From contig CBDBLV010000002.1 in assembly GCA_965207225.1 (NCBI GenBank), positions 378,095 through 442,094 of the forward strand: 64,000 nt of DNA. Reading direction: 5' to 3'. Each line of letters opens with the position of its first letter. Positions within the stretch are counted from its first letter, which is position 1. The notes beneath the pieces were generated by a model. That model was not told where the DNA came from, did no database searches, and saw only the letters and a list, made by a program, of their open reading frames with translations. This DNA comes from Dehalococcoidia bacterium. Its GTDB lineage: Bacteria; Chloroflexota; Dehalococcoidia; Plut-88900. The position numbers and the translations under genes are program-made. Below are positions 1 through 9,274 of the stretch, piece by piece.

Positions 1-85
1 CGAGGTGGCGTCGGTGCTGCTGTTGTCCGCCATGATCGGGGCCATAGTCATTGCTCGGCAGAGGGGGCCTGGCGGAAGTGATTAA
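1..85 (+). CDS. nuoJ: NADH-quinone oxidoreductase subunit J, 3' end (partial)
   Basis: Frame 2 reads EVASVLLLSAMIGAIVIAR...*, the typical NuoJ C-terminal helix; overlaps the nuoK start. Confidence 0.85.
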   Translation, partial: EVASVLLLSAMIGAIVIARQRGPGGSD

Positions 86-386
86 CCTCGAACATTTCCT
101 GGTCCTGGCGGCCATCATGTTCTGCATAGGCCTATGGGGCGCGCTGTCCAAGCGGAACATCGTCGCCATCCTGATGTGCATTGAGATCATGTTCAACGGG
201 GTGAACGTGGCATTCATCGCTTTCACGAGGTACAACTCCCCGACGCTTTTGACGGGCCACGTTTTCGCAATCTTCGTCATAGCGGTAGCAGCAGCGGAGG
301 TGGCGTTGGGGCTGGCCATAGTCGTCGCCGTATTCCGCAGCCGCCAGACCGTAGAGGTCGGTGACGTTAGCACCATGAAGGGCTGA
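78..386 (+). CDS. nuoK: NADH-quinone oxidoreductase subunit K
   Basis: GLWGALSKRN, LMCIEIMFN and AVAAAEVALGLA motifs; GTG at 78 preferred over the ORF-track start at 51. Confidence 0.95.
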   Translation: MINLEHFLVLAAIMFCIGLWGALSKRNIVAILMCIEIMFNGVNVAFIAFTRYNSPTLLTGHVFAIFVIAVAAAEVALGLAIVVAVFRSRQTVEVGDVSTMKG

Positions 387-399
387 CCGGAAGAGACAC

Positions 400-597
400 A
401 TGAGTTGGATTGAATTCAAACGCGTACCCACCCTCATGGTCGCCGAGATGTGGAAAGATCTGTTCGAGGGTGAAGGGCTCCCGACCCGCATCCTGCCGGA
501 GGGCGACATCCTCTCCTGGTCGGAGGGGGTGCCGTTCATAGTCTACGTTCCCAAGGGCCGAGAGCACGTTGCCGACGAGATACTCAGGAAGATATAG
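400..597 (+). CDS. Small soluble protein, DUF2007-like (putative signal-transducing)
   Basis: 65 aa, AEMWKDLFEGEGLP...VYVP...A pattern; tightly packed between nuoK and nuoL. Confidence 0.65.
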   Translation: MSWIEFKRVPTLMVAEMWKDLFEGEGLPTRILPEGDILSWSEGVPFIVYVPKGREHVADEILRKI

Positions 598-2517
598 ATG
601 ATCCCTGAAGCGGCAAGCTGGCTAATCCTCTTCCTGCCCCTTATCTCGTTCCTCCTGATCGTGTTCGTAGTGAGGCAGGTCTTCGGGTCCGCCACGATGC
701 TCGCGGGCTACACGGCCGTTCTTGCCATTGGCGCATCCTTCGTACTGTCCATCTGGGCGCTGGCGTCGGTGATAGATGCGCCGGGGCACCTGCAGGACTA
801 CCCGAGCCACACCTGGCTGGACATCGGGCCGCTGGAGATCAGGGTCGGGATCCTGATGGACTCCCTGACGGCGATCATGCTGATCGTGGTGTCGGGGGTG
901 AGCCTGATGGTGCAGCTGTACTCGCTGGGGTACATGAAGCACGACGCCTCTGTGGCGCGGTTCTTCGCGTATATGTCGCTGTTCACCTTCTCGATGCTCG
1001 GGCTGGTGATGGCTGACAACCTGATACTGCTCTACGTCTTCTGGGAACTGGTCGGGTTGTCGTCCTACCTGCTCATCGGCTTCTGGCACGACAGGCCGAC
1101 TGCCGCCGCCGCGGCAAAGAAGGCCTTTATCGTCACCCGCTTCGGAGACCTGGGATTCCTGATTGCGATCCTGGGGGTGTACTTCACGGTCGGGTCCCAG
1201 GGGTTCGATATCCAGTACCTGAACGAAGTGGCGGGTGTGGACGTTACGGGTATAGCTCTCACCCTGATTGCGCTGGGGATATTTGCAGGTGCGGTGGGGA
1301 AGTCGGGGCAGTTCCCACTACACACATGGCTCCCCGACGCCATGGAAGGCCCGACGCCCGTCAGCGCTCTCATACACGCCGCCACGATGGTAGCTGCAGG
1401 GGTGTTCCTGGTTGCCCGTATGTTCCCCGTATTCGAGGCTTCAACGGCAGCAATGAACACGGTGGCCTATGTCGGGGCAGGGACTGCTTTGTTTGCGGCT
1501 ACGATGGGCCTGGTGATGACGGACATCAAACGGGTCCTGGCCTATTCCACGGTGAGCCAGCTGGGGTTCATGATGTTTGCATTGGGAGTCGGGGCTCCGG
1601 CGGCGGCGATGTTCCACCTGTTCACCCATGCCTTTTTCAAGGCTCTGCTGTTCCTGGGGGCGGGCAGCGTGAACCACGCCACGGGCACCTACGACATCCG
1701 GCGCATGGGCGGGCTGGCGAAGTCGATGCCCTGGACCTTCGCCACTTTCACCATAGGAGGGCTGGCGATTGCGGGGATACCTCCGTTCTCGGGGTTCTGG
1801 AGCAAGGACGAGATCCTGGCAGCAGCATGGCACTACGAAAAAGGGGTGTACGTCCTCGGAATAATCGCGGCGTTCCTGACCTCCGTGTACATATTCCGGC
1901 TTATTTTCATCACGTTCCTGGGCAGTTACCGCGGTGGTGAAAAACCGCAGTACGGCGAACACGTACCGGACCATCCCCACGAGTCCCCTGCAATCATGGT
2001 GCTTCCGATGGTTATCCTGGCAGCCGGGGCCTTTGCCTCCGGGCTGGCTAACCTGCCGGAGTTCTCTTTCGTAGGGGTGCCGAAGAGCTGGATGTCGGAC
2101 CTGCTCACGGGCCACGGGGAGCCGTTCCCCACAGGGATTGCGGCTTCGTCCTCAATCATCGCTGCAGTGGGAATAGTAATAGCCTACGCCGTGTACGTGC
2201 GGGGCATCGTGAAGCCCGAGGCGATAGCCAACGCCTTCAAACCCGTGCATCAACTGCTAGTGCGCAGGTACTACATGGACGACATCTACGAGACCGGCGT
2301 AGTTAAGAAGCTGGGAATGGGTATCGTGGCCCGTGGCGGGGACATTTTCGACCGGAACGTAGTCGACCGGATAGTGAACTGGGTCGGTGAAATCGGGAGG
2401 CAATTCGGGGGAGGAATCGCCAAGCTACAAACAGGGCAGGTGCAGGTCTACGGGGTCGGCATCTTCATAGGCCTGATCGTAATCATGGCCGTATTCTGGT
2501 TCGCCACCGGGTTATAG
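598..2517 (+). CDS. nuoL: NADH-quinone oxidoreductase subunit L
   Basis: GKSGQFPLHTWLPDAMEGPTPVSALIHAATMV and HAFFKALLFL motifs. Confidence 0.97.
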   Translation: MIPEAASWLILFLPLISFLLIVFVVRQVFGSATMLAGYTAVLAIGASFVLSIWALASVIDAPGHLQDYPSHTWLDIGPLEIRVGILMDSLTAIMLIVVSGVSLMVQLYSLGYMKHDASVARFFAYMSLFTFSMLGLVMADNLILLYVFWELVGLSSYLLIGFWHDRPTAAAAAKKAFIVTRFGDLGFLIAILGVYFTVGSQGFDIQYLNEVAGVDVTGIALTLIALGIFAGAVGKSGQFPLHTWLPDAMEGPTPVSALIHAATMVAAGVFLVARMFPVFEASTAAMNTVAYVGAGTALFAATMGLVMTDIKRVLAYSTVSQLGFMMFALGVGAPAAAMFHLFTHAFFKALLFLGAGSVNHATGTYDIRRMGGLAKSMPWTFATFTIGGLAIAGIPPFSGFWSKDEILAAAWHYEKGVYVLGIIAAFLTSVYIFRLIFITFLGSYRGGEKPQYGEHVPDHPHESPAIMVLPMVILAAGAFASGLANLPEFSFVGVPKSWMSDLLTGHGEPFPTGIAASSSIIAAVGIVIAYAVYVRGIVKPEAIANAFKPVHQLLVRRYYMDDIYETGVVKKLGMGIVARGGDIFDRNVVDRIVNWVGEIGRQFGGGIAKLQTGQVQVYGVGIFIGLIVIMAVFWFATGL

Positions 2518-2521
2518 GAAT

Positions 2522-3994
2522 TTGTTCACGGGCATACTCAGCTTAATCGTCTTCCTTCCCCTGGCCGGGGTGCTGCTGATTTTACTGTTGCCTCGGGAGC
2601 AGGGGGGACGGAGCAGGCACATAGCGCTGGTCGTAACCCTGGCCACCCTCGCGCTGACCATTGCCACGGCCGTCCGCTTCGACACATCTATCAGCGAGCC
2701 GCAGTTCGTCGAGCAGTACCAATGGATCCCGTTCATCAACGTGGAATACTTCTTTGGCGTGGACGGGCTGTCCATGCCGATGGTCGTGCTCACGGCCCTG
2801 CTGACCGTAGCGGCCATATTCGCATCCTGGCGCATAACGCATCGGGTGAAGGAGTACTTCATCTGGATGCTGGTGCTGGAAACGGGAGTGATGGGGGTAT
2901 TCACGTCGCTGGACCTGGTGCAGTTCTTCCTGTTCTGGGAAGTGGAACTGGTGCCGATGTATCTGCTCATCTCCATCTGGGGAAGCGGCAGGCGCGAGTA
3001 CTCGGCGATGAAGTTCCTGATCTACACGGTGGGGGCGAGCGCCCTGATGCTGGTCGGGATCCTGGCGGTCGGGTTTGCGGCGGGTTCGTTCAACATGATA
3101 GAGCTGGCGGAGTCGGGGGCCGACTGGATACCGAACCTGTTTATCTCGGCGGAGCTGGTCTTCCTCCTGATTATGGCCGCGTTCGCCGTGAAGCTGCCCA
3201 TCTGGCCCTTCCACACGTGGCTACCCGATGCCCACACGGACGCCCCGACCGCGGTATCCGTGATGCTGGCGGGCGTGCTGCTGAAGATGGGCGGCTACGG
3301 AATCCTGCGCATCTCCATAAGCCTATTCCCCGAAGTCACCGACAAGCTGGCGATATGGCTCGCGGCCCTGGGGGTGGTCAACATCCTCTACGGGGCCTTC
3401 GTAACGTTCCAGCAAAGCGACCTGAAACGGCTGGTCGCGTTCAGCAGCGTGAGCCACATGGGATTCGTGCTGCTGGGCATAGCCTCGCTGGGAGAAGTCG
3501 GGTTAACGGGCGCGGCGTTGCAGATGTTCACCCACGGGACGATCACGGGCTTGCTCTTCTTCACGGTTGGCCTCGTCTACGACCGCGTGCACACCCGACA
3601 CATCCCGGACCTCGGGGGGCTGGCGAACCGGATGCCGTTCATTGCTGCGGCGTTCCTCATTGGCGGGCTGGCATCCCTCGGGCTGCCGGCGACCTCGGGC
3701 TTCGTGGCGGAACTGACTATATTCCTGGGAGCCTTCGAAGAGTGGAGGGTGGCGACGGTGCTGGGGGTCATCGGGATCTTCCTGTCGGCGGGGTACATCC
3801 TGTGGACCCTGCAACGCACCATGTACGGGACCCCGACGACCCGATTCCAGCACGTGGGAGATGCCGGGGTTGCAGACGTGGCCGGGGCGTCGCTGCTGAT
3901 TGCCCCAATATTGATAGTCGGGGTCTACCCGTCTTTCATAACCGACATGCTAAGGGAAGGAGTAGCGCCGATCAGCGCCCTTTACGGCGGTTAG
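2522..3994 (+). CDS. nuoM: NADH-quinone oxidoreductase subunit M
   Basis: KLPIWPFHTWLPDAH and LLKMGGYG motifs; operon order. Confidence 0.97.
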   Translation: MFTGILSLIVFLPLAGVLLILLLPREQGGRSRHIALVVTLATLALTIATAVRFDTSISEPQFVEQYQWIPFINVEYFFGVDGLSMPMVVLTALLTVAAIFASWRITHRVKEYFIWMLVLETGVMGVFTSLDLVQFFLFWEVELVPMYLLISIWGSGRREYSAMKFLIYTVGASALMLVGILAVGFAAGSFNMIELAESGADWIPNLFISAELVFLLIMAAFAVKLPIWPFHTWLPDAHTDAPTAVSVMLAGVLLKMGGYGILRISISLFPEVTDKLAIWLAALGVVNILYGAFVTFQQSDLKRLVAFSSVSHMGFVLLGIASLGEVGLTGAALQMFTHGTITGLLFFTVGLVYDRVHTRHIPDLGGLANRMPFIAAAFLIGGLASLGLPATSGFVAELTIFLGAFEEWRVATVLGVIGIFLSAGYILWTLQRTMYGTPTTRFQHVGDAGVADVAGASLLIAPILIVGVYPSFITDMLREGVAPISALYGG

Positions 3995-4009
3995 TCTGAG
4001 CAAAGGCTG

Positions 4010-5479
4010 ATGTATCCCGACGACCTATATTTGCTAATGCCCGAGCTGGTCCTGGGCGGTTCCGCGGGCATCATCATTCTCCTGGACCTTGTTCTGAGGA
4101 AGAAGGATGTACTGGCGCCCTTAAGCCTGTTGGGGATAGGAGCGTCGGCGGCGTTAACGCTGGTGCTGTGGCTGAAGGTAGACGGGGTCGAGAACAATGC
4201 GCTGACGGGATTCAACGGGTACCTGATAGTCGATCACTTCGCACTGTTCTTCAAGTTCCTGATTCTTGGCGCCACGGGGCTGGTTATAGTTGCCTCTCAC
4301 AACGTGTCTGCAGCCATACGAGCTTTCCGCGCCGAGTATTTTGCCCTGTTGATGATGGCCTCGGGCGGGCTGATGCTGCTGGCTGCATCAACCGAACTGG
4401 TCTCAATCTACGTGTCTCTGGAGCTCAGCGCACTGGCCACCGTGGCCCTGATAGCCCTCGCCAAGGACAACCGCTCCACCGAAGCATCGCTGAAGTTCCT
4501 GGTGCTGAGCGCCATAAGCTCGGGGATCATGCTGTTCGGGTTTGCACTGATACTCGGGCTCACGGGCAGCACCAAGCTGCTGGACATAGCGGCCCGGATC
4601 ACCACCTTCAGCGAGCTCATAGAGCAACCTGCATTGCTCCTAGGCGTGATATTCATCGTAGCAGGATTCGGGTTCAAGATATCCTCAGTGCCGTTCCAGA
4701 TGTGGGTGCCCGACGTCTACGAAGGGTCCCCGACACCGGTGGCGGCCTATCTGTCGGTGGCCAGCAAGGCGGCTGGGTTTGCCGTGCTTGTCCGGATATT
4801 CTTCCTGGCCTTCGGGTCGGTGACCGATGAGTGGGCCTTCCTTTTCGCAATCCTGGCTGCGGTCTCGATGTTCATCGGCAACCTCGTGGCGATTGCCCAG
4901 AACAACATAAAGAGGATGCTGGGATACAGCACCATCGCGCACGCGGGGTTCATCATGGTCGGGCTGGCAGCCGTGGGAAGGGAGGGCGAAGCTCTGGGGC
5001 CGGGGGTCGAGAGCCTGATTTTCTACCTGGTCGCATACGCCGCGACGAACCTCGCAGCGTTCTTTGGTGTGATTGCGATATCCGGGGCGATAAAGAGCGA
5101 GCTTATCCGGGACTATGCGGGGCTGGGGCGTCGGAATCCGGTGCTGGCCCTCGGGATGGCCATATCCATGGTCTCGCTCATGGGGATCCCTCCCACTGCA
5201 GGATTCTGGGCCAAGCTGAACGTCTTCAGGGCCGCCATGGAGACCGACCTGGTCTGGCTGGCGATAGTCGGGATGATCAACAGCGTGATATCCGCCTACT
5301 TCTACCTGCGGGTGATAAAGGCGATGTACCTGTCACCCTACCCGAGGGAAGAGGCCGTGCAGACTAGCCTGCCAGTGAACGGAGCCATGGCCCTCTCGGT
5401 GCTGGGGGTGCTGTTCATGGGCGTCGTGCCCAACTACGTGATGGACCTGGTCGGGACGGCGGTTACCACGCTGGCTTGA
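4010..5479 (+). CDS. nuoN: NADH-quinone oxidoreductase subunit N
   Basis: FKISSVPFQMWVPDVYEGSPTP motif; operon order. Confidence 0.97.
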   Translation: MYPDDLYLLMPELVLGGSAGIIILLDLVLRKKDVLAPLSLLGIGASAALTLVLWLKVDGVENNALTGFNGYLIVDHFALFFKFLILGATGLVIVASHNVSAAIRAFRAEYFALLMMASGGLMLLAASTELVSIYVSLELSALATVALIALAKDNRSTEASLKFLVLSAISSGIMLFGFALILGLTGSTKLLDIAARITTFSELIEQPALLLGVIFIVAGFGFKISSVPFQMWVPDVYEGSPTPVAAYLSVASKAAGFAVLVRIFFLAFGSVTDEWAFLFAILAAVSMFIGNLVAIAQNNIKRMLGYSTIAHAGFIMVGLAAVGREGEALGPGVESLIFYLVAYAATNLAAFFGVIAISGAIKSELIRDYAGLGRRNPVLALGMAISMVSLMGIPPTAGFWAKLNVFRAAMETDLVWLAIVGMINSVISAYFYLRVIKAMYLSPYPREEAVQTSLPVNGAMALSVLGVLFMGVVPNYVMDLVGTAVTTLA

Positions 5480-5480
5480 T

Positions 5481-5500
5481 GGCCCCGCTCTAATGGGGCC
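5481..5500. terminator. Possible hairpin between convergent nuoN and vapC
   Basis: GGCCCC-8 nt-GGGGCC right after the nuoN stop; no U-tract. Confidence 0.3.
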
Positions 5501-5515
5501 CAACGCCCCTGAACG

Positions 5516-5923
5516 CTATCGCTGGTATGTTATCCCGGCCCTGTAGGTCCGTAGACCTGTATGACGCGCCATGACATCAAAGTCGATGTCTCTATGAAGT
5601 ATCGGGATGTCCTCGCTAATAGCCACGGAGGCGATGAGGCAGTCGATTAGCTTTCGCACGGTTTCGCCCTGGCGGCGGCAGTGACGGTAGAGGGAAGCGG
5701 CTTCTTCATAGTGGGTCGGGCGGGTGGGAAGCAGGACGGCTCGAGCGAGGAGTCGACGCAGGTCGCGCAAGTGGAATTCGTTACGAGCCCCGGCCAGGAC
5801 CTCCATGCGGACAGCGTCGCAAGTAGCGATTTCGCCTGTCAGCAATTCGTCAACGAGGAGGCAGACCGGAGAGCCCGTATCCCGGAGAAACTCGACCCAG
5901 GCCGAGGTGTCTATCAGGATCAC
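5516..5923 (-). CDS. vapC: PIN-domain toxin (VapC)
   Basis: MILIDTSAWV...MEVL...IDCLIA...HRDIDF acidic PIN residues. Confidence 0.92.
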   Translation of the reverse strand: MILIDTSAWVEFLRDTGSPVCLLVDELLTGEIATCDAVRMEVLAGARNEFHLRDLRRLLARAVLLPTRPTHYEEAASLYRHCRRQGETVRKLIDCLIASVAISEDIPILHRDIDFDVMARHTGLRTYRAGITYQR

Positions 5924-6123
5924 AAGGAGCGGCCGGAGCGCATCTCTTCGAGGTCCCCGTCCCAGCCCGAGCCGCGGAGGGCACGGGCCTCGTCCAAGGA
6001 CATAGACTCCCCGGCCACGATCCGGAGGGCGAAGTTCACGGCCTCCCGCTTGGTGTCTATGCTGTAACGGGCCATAACCTCGGCGATAGCGCCGTCATCA
6101 ATGTCAATGTTTGTGCGTCCCAT
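5920..6123 (-). CDS. vapB: VapB antitoxin (RHH type)
   Basis: RTNIDIDD...TKREAVNFALR...GWDGDL; 4-bp overlap with vapC; ACACC-N5-GGTGT inverted repeat upstream. Confidence 0.9.
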   Translation of the reverse strand: MGRTNIDIDDGAIAEVMARYSIDTKREAVNFALRIVAGESMSLDEARALRGSGWDGDLEEMRSGRSL

Positions 6124-6229
6124 ACACCAAAGATACACCATTCAGGTGTTGTGTGTCAAGGGTAGAGTGGAATGTCTGCAAAAGCAGGGTATGCCAGGTG
6201 CGCTTGAATACCGACCCTCTCGCCTGCGG

Positions 6230-7144
6230 TTAAGCCCCGAACCTGTCACCGACCTGCAAGCCTGAAGCCTCGATGTATTCGGGGGCGGGGATTTTGCGGG
6301 AGTCGGGAGGCTGGACCCGTTTGATCTTCACCGACCCGCTGCCCGCCCCCACCACAAAGCCGTCGTCCTCGATCGCCAGCACTTCACCCGCTGCACCTGA
6401 AGCAGTGCCAAGGGCTGAATCGAACACCTTGATTTTCTGGCCCTTTAGAGTGCCCCAGGCGCCAGGTTGGGGGTTGGTCCCGCGGATCAGGTTGTAGACG
6501 GTCTGGGCGTCCTTGGACCAGTCCAGCTCGGCGTTTTCGGGCCGGCAGATGCCTTCGTAGGTAGCCTGGGACTCGTCCTGGATGATTCGTGGCGCATTGC
6601 CCGCCTTGACCAGGTCCACGGACTCTATCATGGCTGCCACGCCGTCCGGGAAGAGGTGGTTGAAGTAGACGGAACCCACGGTGTCATCGGGGCCGATGAC
6701 GGCTTCCTTCTGCATCAGGATGGGGCCCGTGTCGAGGCCCTTATCGGGCCAGAAGATGGTCAGACCTGTCTTGTCTTCCCCGTTGATGATGGCCCAGTTG
6801 ATGGCGCTGGCGCCACGGTGTCTGGGGAGAAGAGAGGGGTGGTACTGGATAGTGCCCAGCGTAGGAGTATCGAGGACCCGCTCGGGGACCAGGAGGGTAA
6901 CGAAGGCCATGACGCCGATGTCGGGCTTCATGCCTTTGATTGTTTCGTAGATTTCGTCGGTCTTCATGGAAGTAACGGTAACGAGTGGGACACCCAGTTC
7001 CTCGGCCTTGGCAGACAAGGGGTCGGGTCTGCCCTTTCTCTCGGGAGGGGCGAACACACCTACCACCTCATCGTCCTCCCTCTCCACCAACTTTTCCAAC
7101 ACTGCGGCCCCGAAGGGAGCCTGGCCTATAACGATTATCCTCAC
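6230..7144 (-). CDS. Formyltransferase family protein (Fmt / 10-formyl-THF hydrolase-like)
   Basis: HPSLLPRHRGASAINW and GLDTGPIL motifs plus Fmt C-terminal domain (IRGTNPQPGAW). Confidence 0.85.
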   Translation of the reverse strand: MRIIVIGQAPFGAAVLEKLVEREDDEVVGVFAPPERKGRPDPLSAKAEELGVPLVTVTSMKTDEIYETIKGMKPDIGVMAFVTLLVPERVLDTPTLGTIQYHPSLLPRHRGASAINWAIINGEDKTGLTIFWPDKGLDTGPILMQKEAVIGPDDTVGSVYFNHLFPDGVAAMIESVDLVKAGNAPRIIQDESQATYEGICRPENAELDWSKDAQTVYNLIRGTNPQPGAWGTLKGQKIKVFDSALGTASGAAGEVLAIEDDGFVVGAGSGSVKIKRVQPPDSRKIPAPEYIEASGLQVGDRFGA

Positions 7145-7264
7145 GTGGATACCTCCATCAAATCCGAGGCGTCGGTCATTTTCCCGCTTTCCGTCTGCGG
7201 TCTCGACTTGGATTCCGGCAGACGCTTATACTTGCCCCTCAACAAAGGGCCTTTCTGCAAGCCA

Positions 7265-8155
7265 ATGACACGGCAAAGGGAACCATTGTCTAAGGAGCAA
7301 AACATAAATCGGGTAGCAGTATTCTACCATCCGCGTCTTCCCGAGGCCCGTACGCTTGCCGAAGACCTTTTGGGCATACTGTCAAAGGCCGGAATCAAGG
7401 GTTGGCACCGTTCAGCCTGGGACGAAGATGCAACCTCCGACGACGTGGGAGACCGGGACCTCCTTATAAGCGTGGGGGGGGACGGAACAATGCTTCGGGT
7501 GTCTCACCTGGCACTGCCATGCGGGATTCCCGTCCTGGGGGTGAACATGGGTCGGGTGGGGTTTATGAACGAGCTCAACCCCGAGGAGGCCAGAAAAGAC
7601 CTACCGACGCTGCTGGGGGACGGGGGCAGGATTGAACACAGGGCAACGCTGCAGGCAGAGATCATTCCCCCATGTACACCCTCCGAAGGGACGGGAGATG
7701 GGCGAAGGACGTATTTTGCACTGAACGACGTGGTGGTGGCGCGGGGTCGGGTGGCCAGGGTGATACGAATCGAGGCGCGGATTGACGGGGACCTGTTCAC
7801 GACTTACAAGGGAGACGGGGTGATCATAGCCACGGCAACGGGAAGCACCAGCTACTCCATGGCTGCAGGCGGGCCCATCCTCAACCCCCTAACCGACGAG
7901 TTTGTATTGAATCCTATCGACTCTCACCTCACCATATCCAACGCCCTGGTCTTACCACCCGCTTCGAAAGTCGAATTGACTGTAAGCACGGACCATGAGG
8001 TGATCATGAGCGTTGACGGGCAGATCGAAGCCGACCTACAGGACGGATACACGGTTTCCGCTACTATAGGCTCAAACATGGCCAAGTTCCTCAGGTTCCA
8101 GCCTCCCGGGCGCTTCTACTCGACAGTTACGGAGAGGCTGACTCGAATGGAGTGA
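7265..8155 (+). CDS. nadK: NAD(+) kinase
   Basis: GGDGTML, ALND, ATATGSTSYSMAAGGP and VDGQ motifs; start reassigned from 6467. Confidence 0.93.
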   Translation: MTRQREPLSKEQNINRVAVFYHPRLPEARTLAEDLLGILSKAGIKGWHRSAWDEDATSDDVGDRDLLISVGGDGTMLRVSHLALPCGIPVLGVNMGRVGFMNELNPEEARKDLPTLLGDGGRIEHRATLQAEIIPPCTPSEGTGDGRRTYFALNDVVVARGRVARVIRIEARIDGDLFTTYKGDGVIIATATGSTSYSMAAGGPILNPLTDEFVLNPIDSHLTISNALVLPPASKVELTVSTDHEVIMSVDGQIEADLQDGYTVSATIGSNMAKFLRFQPPGRFYSTVTERLTRME

Positions 8156-8169
8156 GCGGGTGGTCGGGA

Positions 8170-8703
8170 ATGGGCATTAACCCGGATACGAAGACCAAGC
8201 GCATTTACGATGGCAAGGTTGTCAGCCTGCGCGTCGACACCCTGCAGCTTTCTGGCGGCCGTGAAGCCAGGATGGAGATCGTCGAGCATGCCGAGGTAGT
8301 GCATATACTGCCGGTGGACGAGGATGGGAATCTCCTGTTGGTACGCCAGTACAGGGCGGCGGTTGGCAAGGAACTGTTGGAGACCCCGGCCGGCGGGATA
8401 GAGTCGGGTGAGGACGTGGAAGCGGCAGCGCAGCGGGAGCTAAGGGAGGAGACCGGGTATAGAGCGGATAACTTCCGGCTCATGGCCTCGGTGTACAGTT
8501 CGCCGGGGTTCTGCACGGAACTGAACCATCTTTTCGTGGCCACGGGGCTGTCCTACGATCCCCTGGAGCCGGATGTCGACGAGGATATAACCCTGGCGCC
8601 CGTGACGCTTGCCGAGGCCGAGGAGTTAGTAGCGTCCGGGAAAATAGGGGATGCGAAATCGGCAACGTGCATCCTGCTTTACAAATTTCTCGGCGTGGCA
8701 TAG
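8170..8703 (+). CDS. NUDIX hydrolase (ADP-ribose pyrophosphatase-like)
   Basis: PAGGIESGEDVEAAAQRELREETG Nudix box; SSPGFCTE. Confidence 0.9.
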   Translation: MGINPDTKTKRIYDGKVVSLRVDTLQLSGGREARMEIVEHAEVVHILPVDEDGNLLLVRQYRAAVGKELLETPAGGIESGEDVEAAAQRELREETGYRADNFRLMASVYSSPGFCTELNHLFVATGLSYDPLEPDVDEDITLAPVTLAEAEELVASGKIGDAKSATCILLYKFLGVA

Positions 8704-8765
8704 AATTAGCCTGATCCCATTGATTTTTCCGAGGGGTCTTTTTCTTTTCCCTGAGGCGCAATGCC

Positions 8766-9236
8766 ATGACGCTCAAGAAGACTTATCTTACCCATAGGCG
8801 TTTTGAGGAACTCAAAGAGGAGCTCCACCACCTCCGCACGGAAAAGCGACACGAAATAGCCGACCGTATCCTTCACGCCAAGGACTTCGGGGGGACAGAG
8901 GACAACGCCGAGTTCGACGACGCAAAGAACGAGCAGGCGTTCATCGAGGGTCGGATAATGACACTGGACAACATGCTCCACAATGCGACGGTCATACCCG
9001 ATGAACATCTGAGTTCAGAGGTTGTGGACGTCGGGGCCCGGGTCACCGTCCTGAACGAGTCAGGCCGGACCATGGAGTACCTCATAGTAGGCAGCGACGA
9101 GGCCGACCCGAGGGCCGGGAAAATCTCCAACGAAAGCCCAGTCGGGCAAGCGCTCCTCGGGAGCAGGGTCGGGGACATAGTGCAGGTAAAGGCCCCGGCC
9201 CGGGTCCTGGAACTGACCATTAAGAGCATTGCCTAG
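8766..9236 (+). CDS. greA: Transcription elongation factor GreA
   Basis: NAEFDDAKNEQAFIEGRI and ISNESPVGQALLG motifs. Confidence 0.95.
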   Translation: MTLKKTYLTHRRFEELKEELHHLRTEKRHEIADRILHAKDFGGTEDNAEFDDAKNEQAFIEGRIMTLDNMLHNATVIPDEHLSSEVVDVGARVTVLNESGRTMEYLIVGSDEADPRAGKISNESPVGQALLGSRVGDIVQVKAPARVLELTIKSIA

Positions 9237-9274
9237 CATCACGGACCCGCTGCCCGATCCCCGATAACCCTCCC

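Noticed and set aside
6467-7264. 562-aa NAD kinase with a long N-terminal domain
   Set aside because: Extension is the antisense shadow of the formyltransferase gene
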